This document shows positions 54,501-64,000 of a stretch of 64,000 nt of DNA, piece by piece. The DNA is from Phyllosticta citribraziliensis (taxonomy: Eukaryota): the NCBI RefSeq assembly GCF_038025025.1, contig NW_027117338.1:2666001-2730000 (forward strand). Reading direction: 5' to 3'. The position numbers were made by a program, and so were the translations under genes. Position 1 is the first letter of the stretch; each line of letters opens with the position of its first letter. The notes beneath the pieces are model-generated. The model made no database searches, was not told where the DNA came from, and saw only the letters and a program-made list of their open reading frames with translations.

Positions 54501-56899
54501 TAGATAGTTAAAAAATTATAAATACTTATATAGGCCTCTAAGGATACTTAGATATTTATTAACTATTTAATAGTTATTACTATTATATACTAGCTATACT
54601 TTAAAAACTCCTAATCTATAGAATAATTAAACCTATATCTAATATATACTAGCTAATATCTAAGCTAGTATCTATTAAAGGTATAATATTAGCTAGGGAG
54701 GAATTATATTATCCTTAATACTTTAAGCTAATTACTATCTAAGATAACTATAGATATAGATAATACCCTTAATAGTATAGAATTCCCTAATAATAAGGAC
54801 TTAGTTTAGTATATCTTAAAAGATAATAACTCTACTACTTACTTCTATATAGTATTAATAGAGCTTTTTAATAAATTTAAATAAGAGCTCTATATAGTAT
54901 ATAGTATTAATATATAATAGGTAAAGGTACTCTATATTTTAGAGTAGGCCCTTAAATAGTAGTAGGAATATAATTATAGACTAGTAAGCCCTAAGATAAT
55001 TATAGATTAACCTACTAGTATAAACCCTATACCTATAAGATTATAATTCCCTATAATTACTAAACTAGTAATACTAGCTTCTACTACTATAATAGAGCCT
55101 ATTCCCCTTATTAATATAGAAGAAAATAAGGACCCCTATAAAGGACTAGTCCCTAGTCTATACTTCTTCTTATAGAAGGGGTTAATCTACTTTATAAATT
55201 ATTTAAGAGACTAATAAGAATAACTATATATTCCCTAAAGCTATAAGTAAGTAGTATTTAAATAAGCCTATAATTAGTACTTCTATTAAGGTATAGACTA
55301 ATATATAGATTATATTTATACTTACTACTATATAAGGTACCTATACTAGTAGGTATAGATATATATTAATTATTATCCTAATTATTATATAAATTAAATA
55401 CCTTAATATAAACCTAATAGGTTAATAGTCCCTATTATAGTAGTAAAGGTCCTATTCTTTACTATATATATTAATTTTATTACTAAGCTATCTATATATA
55501 ATAAAGGGGGTTTTAATATACTTTTAACTATAATTTATAAATTTTCTAAAGTAATCTTACTAATCCCTAGTTAAGAGACCTAGACTATAGGTAAATAGGG
55601 AGGTTTATAGTTTAAAGATCTCTATAGATATAGGTAGGGTCTACCTTCTATTATAATTATAGACTAGGACTTCTATTAGCTAGGGTAATTTATAAATAGT
55701 ATTTTTAAGATAATAAAAATTAATCTAAATACTACTACTACTTACTATCCCTAGATAGATAGGTAAAATAAGTATACTAATTAGATAATAGAGATTACCC
55801 TATATTTCTTTATTATAGCTAACCCTAATTAGAGTTAGGTAAATACTCTTCCTTATATTTAAGGAATTATAAATTCTTCCTAAAATACCTTAATAGGATA
55901 TACCCCCTATAAAATCTTATATAGATTTAACCTATAAAATAATAGATATAACTAGGTAGAATCTATTAAGGATATAGATTTAAAAATCCTCTATTTAGAC
56001 TACTATACTAAAGTCTAAGAAGCCCTTACTTTTATAGTAGTAGTATAAAAGGAGTAATATAATAGTAAATACTATCTAGTCTAATTTAAACTAGGGGATA
56101 AGGTATATCTATAGTTATATTATAGTTATAAGGTATATAGTAACCTACTATAAAAACTCTAGAATATATATAGAGGGCCTTATAAAGTAATATAAGTAAT
56201 TAGTATATAGGCCTATAAACTAGCTATCCTTAGTAGCTTAAGAATTTATCTAGTTATTAATATCTCTTAATTAGAAAAGGAAAAGGATAGTCCTAACTCT
56301 TTTAAGTATAATACTATATTAGAGCTAGGACCTATTATTAGTACTAATAAGCTAGTACCTAAGTATAAAATCTTATAATTAGTAGATAGGTATAAATATT
56401 ATAGGACTAAGAAACTATAATACTTAATTAACTAAAAAGGCTAGGGGCTATAGTATTAAGTATAGTATAACTTAGATAATTTAAAGGGGGTAATAGATCT
56501 TATTAGAGAATATAATATAAGGTTAAATAAGGAGATAATAGTAAAGCTAGACTAGTATAGGCCTTAATAGAAACTAGGACTACCTTAATATACTACTATT
56601 ATACCTAGGGAACTAAAGGAAAATAGTAATATAGATAAGCTACTACCTACTAAGATATATAATAAACTATTATATAATAAACTATTATATAATAAACTAC
56701 TATATATACTACTAGAAATAGTTATCCCTATAATACTAAAGTAGTAAGGTTATCTACTAGGTATAAAGAATAAGGAGAAGAAACCCTAAACTACTAGGGA
56801 TAAGTACTAAATTAGTACCTACCTTATAGAAGGAGCTAATATAGTATACCTAAGTACCTTCTAATAAAGGGAGGCCTATAAGAATATTACTACTAAAAA

Positions 56900-59832
56900 T
56901 ATTTTATATATATAAGTATTACTAAGTAAAAGAGGACTATATATTAGTAGGGTAACTAGTACTAGCTATAGTATAAGTACCTAATTAATATTAGGGGCTA
57001 TAGAATATTAACTTATAACCCTATACTAATCTTATTATATAACCTTATCTATAATATAAATATATAAACTATCTAAGAGACTAATATAGTTAGCCTTTAG
57101 ACTATAATAGGAATAGACTTATTAGTACTACCCTAATAAGTATTACTAATCTATAAGAATAGGAGAATCTTTTATATAATAACTATAATATAATACCTAA
57201 TATAGGTATAGTCCTACTAGTAAATATAATACTAAATAATACCTCTATTACTAGTAATAGTATATCTACCTTTAAGTAAAATAATACTATCCCTAGGTTA
57301 TAAGTATAGAATAACTACTTTTCTCCTAGTACTAGTAAGTATTTATAATAAGATATACTAACTAGAGTTACTAATAATATAGTAATAGTAGACCCCTTTA
57401 AAACTAACCTATATACTAGTATTATAATATTAGTAGTAGCTATACTAATAGTAAATATACTACCTTCTATCTCTATAACTATATAAGGATATAGTATATT
57501 AGGAGTTAGAGGCTAGGGATACTAAATTTATAGCTTCTACTAAGATAATAATAATAGTAATATACTAGAGATATATATAAGAGAGTATATTATTAATTAT
57601 AGTAATAAGTATAAGTATATTACTACTAAAGAATTAGAGGAGGATACTAAGGATAAAAGAGAGTAATTCCCTACCTTCTTACTAGAAACTATACCTTAAC
57701 CTAGTCTTACCCCTAACCTAGCTATAAGCCTTCTTAATATAGGAGTATAAGCTCTTTATAATCTTAGTTTAATATAGACTTCTTATAATTTTAGTATAGT
57801 TAGAGTAACTCTATAGATTAAGGTAAGCTATAATATAGTAGATATTATTAATATAGACCTCTAGGCCTAGAATTTAGCTATTAGGAAGTAGACTTACTAA
57901 CTTATTAATACTTCTTATAATACTAATAAGATTATTATAACTATAATTTAATATATACCCTAAGCTCCTAATAATAATATAGACTTAGAAAAGGAATTCC
58001 TAGATACTCTAATATTAAGGCTAAGAAAAGAAAAGGTAGAACCTAAGGGACTAGCTATATTAAGAAAGATAAAGAAAATAGGAAAGATTATAACTATACT
58101 AAATATTACTATATAATTAAAGAAACTAAGGGGTATACCTAATATTATACTAGATAAACTAGCCCTAGTTAGTCCCTAAGGTAAAATAGGAGACTAGTTA
58201 TTTATAAAGGAAAGTATATACTATCTATTCTATAACCCTAAGACTTTTATAGAGTATAAATAGGACTAGGATACTATATTTCTTATAGAGACTAGTAACT
58301 TTCCTATTATTAACTATATTTTAGATATATTTATTAAAGATTAGTATCTTCTCCTATCTAGTATAAGTCTATCCTCTATAATAATAGGTACCCTCTACTA
58401 CTTAGCTTATTAAATAATAATAAATCTAAAATTTTATAACCTTTATTAACTCTAGCTATTTTACTATAAAGATAGAGGGCTAAACCTATATTATTACCCT
58501 AATAGATAGGCCTTATACTACTAAGATAAGAATAGTAAGATCTAGTATATTATACTTATAGGGTAGTATAGACTTATTAGTAGAGAAGGCTATAATAAGT
58601 ATATTAGTAGAAAGAAGCCTAGTAACCCTAATATTAATAAGATATACCCCTAGGTAATAGAAGGCCTTACTATCTATAATTATAAGGGACTACTTTTCTC
58701 TATATATATAGATATTCTAGTCCCTAAGGGTATAAAGTAGTACCTATATAAGTAAGAAATATAGAATAGAGAAGGCTATTATACTCTTATAATAGACTAT
58801 ATAATAAGAGGTAATATACTATTAATAGAGCTCTATATATTTACTACTACCCTTATAAAGAATAGGAATAAGTAGTCTATAGGTACTAAGTTTTATACTC
58901 CTAAAGTAGGAGTAGGTTAGTACTAATATAATAGTCCTATTAATAATAATAAGGTAGAATTTATAGAGATACTTTAAGATATACCCTCTACTAATAAGAA
59001 TATAATATTATAGGATATAAAACCTAAAGGTCTAGATAAGCTTACTTAATAGGTTTACCTAGACTACTCTAACTATACTATATTTATAGTAGATACTAAT
59101 AATACCCTACTTATAACTTAGGATAAGCTACTTTTAGGTAAACCTAATAATAATAGTAATAGTATTAGTTCTAATACTAGTATAAAAGACCCCTTAATCC
59201 CTAATAATAGTTCTACTAACTATAATAATATTACTAGTCTTAGTAAAGCTACTTCCCTAGAATACTTAGTAAACTATATAGTATATTAATACCCTAACTT
59301 AGGTAAACTAGGTATTCTCTACTAATATATAGACCTAATAGCTATACTTCTTATAATAGAATCTTACTAAGCTATATACCTTATTATTAGAGGAATTATC
59401 CCTAATAAATTTATCTCTAATATAGTAGTTAAGAACCTTACCTTTTATATAGGATTAAACTACCTAATCTAGTATATTAAAAAGGACTCTCTAGTATATA
59501 TATAGGTTATTAAGCTACTTACTTTATAGCTACTTATACTATATATATTATAGGATATAGATAGCCTAGAGTAATAATTCCTAGGTACTAATATTAGGTT
59601 TACTAATTAGTTTATAGGCTATATTCCCTTAGGATACCTTTACCCTAATTTCTATATAGATATAGGTATTACTATATATTATATACCTATACTAGGAGAG
59701 GATAAAAGTAGTTATAGTACTAATATATAGAAGAACCTACTTATCTAGTTATTAGCCCTACCTTATAATAATAATATAATAGGGAGTAAGGACTAGTCTA
59801 ATATAGATAAAGATAGGGAGGCTAGTAACTAA
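56900..59832 (+). pseudogene. RIP-mutated extra ORF (roughly 900 codons, unknown function) downstream of pol in element E; limits approximate
   Basis: RIP-resistant codon runs share one frame at 57631 (ELEEDxKDKRE), 57982 (DLEKEFLD…RKEKVEPKG) and 59401 onward. The stops in the stretches read are TAA/TAG, as expected from RIP. Confidence 0.55.
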
Positions 59833-60143
59833 ATATATCCTAGTATAGACTTATTTCTTTCTTTTCCTTTACTTCCTTTTCTTTCCTTTCTTATTTAGGG
59901 GATATTTCTTAATAGGTAGGGGAGGATAGTAAATTCTAAGTTAAGGATAACTCTATTTTCTTAGCTACTACTATTATAGTCTATAGATAGTTAGGGATAC
60001 CTTAGGTAAGTAAGGTAAGTACTAGCTAGTAGGCTTAGTAGTATAAGTAAGTAGATAGAATAAATAGAGCCCTAGGGCTAAGATAGAAATAATAATAATA
60101 TAATCCTTACTTAAGAAAAGACGTCCTAATTAAACTTATAATA

Positions 60144-61779
60144 CTAATTATATTAAATAACTAATAGCTATCTTATAGGTATTACCTCCTATAGTAGTTT
60201 TATAGGAGGCTACTTATTTCCTAATAACTTATCTAAGTCTATAATATTACTGTTACTAATAATAATAACACCTAGGTCCTTAACTATATCTATAAACTCT
60301 TTAGTAACCTCCTCTATACTAGTAGCTATATAGGTATAAATTAGCTAATAATATATAGGCCTACTATATAGATAGTCCTTAATCTAGTACTCCTAACTAC
60401 TATAATACTAATAGCTATAATCTTCTAGTATAGTAGTATACTCCTATTTAATACTACTAGTAGCACCTTTAGTAGAAGTAGCCTAATAAGAGGGTCTAGC
60501 TAGTATAGCTATATAGAGGGTACCCTTATAGTAGTTTATTATCTATAGGGTTAGTAATAGCTTAGCCTAGCTAATATTAGTAGCCTAGCTTAAGATATAT
60601 AATAGCTCTATATAGCCTTTTATAATATTAGTAATAGTTTATATAGCTTATAGATTAGCTAATCCTTAGCTATATAGCTATCCTAGCTAGTATATTAAGC
60701 TAATATATAGAATATATATAATAATATCTTAAAAGCTACCCTAGTACTAGTAATATAGTCTATAGTAGTAAGCTAAGTAATAGTATAGCTTTACTAGTCT
60801 ATAATACTATATAAGCTATCTAATAAGGTCTAGATAATATTAGGGTTATTAGTACCATCTTTACTATTATTATTATTATTATTAATAATAGTAGCTAAAG
60901 TAGCCTTACTAGCTAGGTAAAAGTAAATATATATAGCCTTAGCTATATTATCCTAATACTAGCTATTATTAAAGAGTAGCTTATCCTTAATACTACTATA
61001 CTATATATAGTAGTTATCTAGTATACTATTACTAGACTAGTACTTAGGATTAGTAAATTAGTATTAGACCTTATAGCCTAGTATATTACCCCTATTATAA
61101 ATTACCTATATAAGCCCTAGGACCTACTCCTAGAGCTACTAAGTTATTAGTATAGTAATAGTAGATAGTTTATTGTTATAGTTACCCTAAGGGGTAATAG
61201 GTTAGCTAGATAATAGGCTAGTAGTAGCTAACTACTAGCTAGCTATTAGTATAGTTTAAAGAGTAGCTAATAGTACTATACTATTAGTAGACTAGCTACT
61301 CTTAGCTATTATATAGGTTATTAATTATATAATATAATAAGATATTATATCTCTATTACTAATAGGACCTTCTTAGTCTAGAATCTTACTTATATACCTT
61401 ACCTAAGGCTATAGACTATAAAAATAATAATACCTAGTACTTCTAGTATATCTAGTATATCTAAAACTATAGTATTTTAACCTAATACCTTATAGGGTAT
61501 AATTAAAGTAAGAAAACTTATTAGTAAGGGATAGATAATAAGTCTTATCCTCTTATAAGTAGTAAGAGACCTATTAATAGTATTACTATACCTAGTAGAG
61601 TAAATTAATATAGACTACTAATAATTAATAGGTAAGGAGTAAGAGTAGTTATTATATAGCCTATATAGAATAACTATCTACTCTCTAGCTAACTAGAAAT
61701 AGCTAGTATATATATAAGCGGCAAATACTAAGTACTAGATACTATAAAATATAAACTATACGTGCCGCGTTACGTAATA
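60144..61779 (-). mobile_element. Element A2: 5' LTR (61779-61581) plus partial gag of the A/B family
   Basis: Reverse complement of 17796-18348, 25214-25970 and B gag ~30700-30940. Lacks the F insertion and has a single ACTAC at that site. Confidence 0.85.
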
Positions 61780-63131
61780 AGGATAAGAGCTCCTTATATA
61801 TACTATAGACTATATTACTACTAGGAGACTATAATACTATTAGTATAAGAGCTAGAGGCTAAGGAAAAGCTAGATTACTTACCCTACTTAAGATAACCTA
61901 AACCTTAGCTAAGTATAAGATATATATGCTACCCTTATTAAATCTTTAAGGCCTAGGTAAAGGTAGACCTAGAGGATCCCTACTAGAACTCTTAAAACTA
62001 GGCTCTTCCTTATCCCTCTCTTCTTATATAGGTAAAGGATAATAATAATAGTAAAGGTAATAAGGTAAAGGTAAATAGTTAGAAGGACTAATAATAGTGC
62101 TAGTAGAATTATATCTATATAAATAATAGGAAGGACTAATACTAGGACTAGAATACTTAGGCTAATAGGCCTAAGAATAATAGTAAGTAGTAGAAGAGGT
62201 ACTATTAGAGGGAGTAATACTACTATATAGTATAATATATATAGATATAGTAATAGAATATATAGGAGTATATATAGGACTAATAGTACTAGGATAATAA
62301 CTAGGAGTAGGTATTAATAGATATAAAGGTATAGACTCTAAAGAGCTACTAGAGGATCTATTACTACTAGCTATATAAGTTATTAGTACTAAATACCTAA
62401 ACCTTAAAGATAAGGCTTTACTTACCTAGTAAACTACTATCTATACTACTAGACTAATTAGAACTACTAGAACCTATAGGATAATTAATTAGGGTAAAGC
62501 TAGTTATAATAAAGGTCTTAGATTATTAGTTAGTTAAGGCTATACTATAGGCTAAGGGTAAACTTACTAAAGAAGATAAGAGGTAGGGTATAATAAGTAT
62601 AGTAATAAAGATTAGAGCTAGAGGTAGGGGTAGAAAGCCTTTATACTAGACTTATACCTACTAGAGTACCTACTCTAGTATCCTAGATATATAGAAGCTT
62701 TAAGATAACTAACTCCCTATATAGAGCTAAATACTTAAGCCTAATCTATACCTATTAAGGTACTAAGGTATAATACCTAGATAATAAGATTATTCTTACC
62801 TATAGGTATACCTTAGGCTAAACCTAGAGGGGGGTAATATTATAGGTTAGCTAAAAACCTATAATTATATTAAATACTACTTAGTATTAAGTACTAGGTA
62901 TACCTATACTATAACTACTAGCTATAACTATAAGCTATATATACTAAAGTTACCTAACTTTCTAAGAGCTATAGCTACTTAGATAATTTAACCCTAGTAC
63001 CTATATATATAATACTAATATAATAATAGAAATAAGAATAGAGCCTCCTATACCTATAGTAGGGACTTAACTAAGTAATTAGTTTTAAGAAGTATATTAT
63101 TACTAATAAGCTAGTAAACTACTATATAATA
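61780..63131 (+). mobile_element. 3' end of another LTR element (G): PPT plus probable 3' LTR (~62838-63131)
   Basis: AGAGGGGGG at 62826-62834, then TAA and a RIPed TGT-like start TATTATA; TATAATA end. No partner LTR in the window. Confidence 0.45.
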
Positions 63132-64000
63132 TAGAATTAAGATAAGGTCCTATTCTCTTATAGTACCTACCTTCCTTCTACTATAATTCCTAAGGTAATT
63201 TAGGTAATAGAATATAAAAGGACCTTATTATATAGATACTATAGATAGCTATCTTTATTTTCTTATAATTAATACTCCTAAGTAGACTTACTACTAATTT
63301 AACTTTTACCTTATTTATATACCCTTCTTACTTAGCTTTATCTCCTATACTTATATACTATAGTATTAGATAAATAGTTACTTAGAACTAGCCTACTAAT
63401 TAGGTAACCTATTAGCTTATAATATATACTATACCTCTAAGAAGAAGGGTACCCTAAGTATATTAGCTAGTACCTTAACTACTAAAGGTACTATAATCTA
63501 ATACTCTACCTAGTTAACTAATACTAATAAGCCTACCTTACTTAATATAGTACCTTACTATATTATAAAGCTAAAGAAAGGTACTAAAAGTAGTAGTATA
63601 GGCTTATATTAGGCCCGCACCTATATAAGGACTAGTTTACTAGAACCTAACCTGGTATAAGTAAGTATATAACTATATACTTACTTAGTAGGCTAAATAA
63701 CTAGCCTATTATAACTATATTTCTATCTTCTTCTTAGTACTACTTCTCCTTTTCTCTTTACCTTAGACTTTTAGTTAGCTAAATATAGTATTTACCTCTT
63801 TAAGCCTTATATAAGTCTAAGGTCTCTTTAACTTTACCTAATAACTTTATTACTATATTTAAAGTAGCCCCTACTTCCTATTTTAGAAATCTACCCTATT
63901 AATTAGTACCTAAAATACTATATTTCCTAAAGTCTCTAGCTCTTATTTATACTACTCTATAAAGTATTTATACTATACCCCTATTATCTACTCTTAATTA

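Larger units (their letters stand above)
48278..60143 (+). mobile_element. Large (11.9 kb) Gypsy element E with chromodomain and a long extra 3' coding-like region
   Basis: 172-bp LTRs at 48278-48449 and 59972-60143. De-RIPed protease CLDTG at ~52377, RT YIDD at 53751-53762, integrase at ~55270-55950 and chromodomain at ~56360-56520. Flanks ACCTT and CTAAT do not match. Confidence 0.88.
16992..64000. other. AT-rich, RIP-degenerated heterochromatin-like block of nested LTR retrotransposons
   Basis: Abrupt drop in GC. CpA/TpG and CpG are nearly absent, with a large excess of TpA and CTAG. The ORF track has no ORF after 16991. Confidence 0.95.

Noticed and set aside
16992..64000. Mitochondrial insertion or foreign AT-rich DNA
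   Set aside because: The dinucleotide bias is that of RIP, and retroelement motifs are recoverable by reversing transitions.

Overview
Filamentous ascomycete (Pezizomycotina) genomic DNA with two very different compartments. Bases 1-16991 are GC-balanced and hold seven spliced genes: a PQ-loop transporter (partial), auxilin-like Swa2, DUF1688/Urc4, the Rag GTPase Gtr1, a GPI-anchored CFEM-like protein, a GH43 glycoside hydrolase and a two-HKD phospholipase D-family protein. From 16992, exactly at the PLD stop codon, to the window end lies an AT-rich, heavily RIP-mutated pile of nested Ty3/Gypsy LTR retrotransposons and solo LTRs, with no intact ORFs. I resolved LTR pairs, TSDs, PPTs and RT/integrase/chromodomain motifs by undoing C>T and G>A changes by eye, so all protein readings in this block are reconstructions. 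The most notable observation is that two diverged copies of one Gypsy family carry, between pol and the 3' LTR, an antisense intron-containing gene for a Cys-rich DUF3716/Zn-cluster-like protein with a basic tail. That family's LTR also carries a variable 20-bp tandem repeat. A second, 11.9-kb Gypsy element carries about 3 kb of extra sense-strand coding-like sequence. Element names A, A2, B, C, C2, D-G and S are my own labels.
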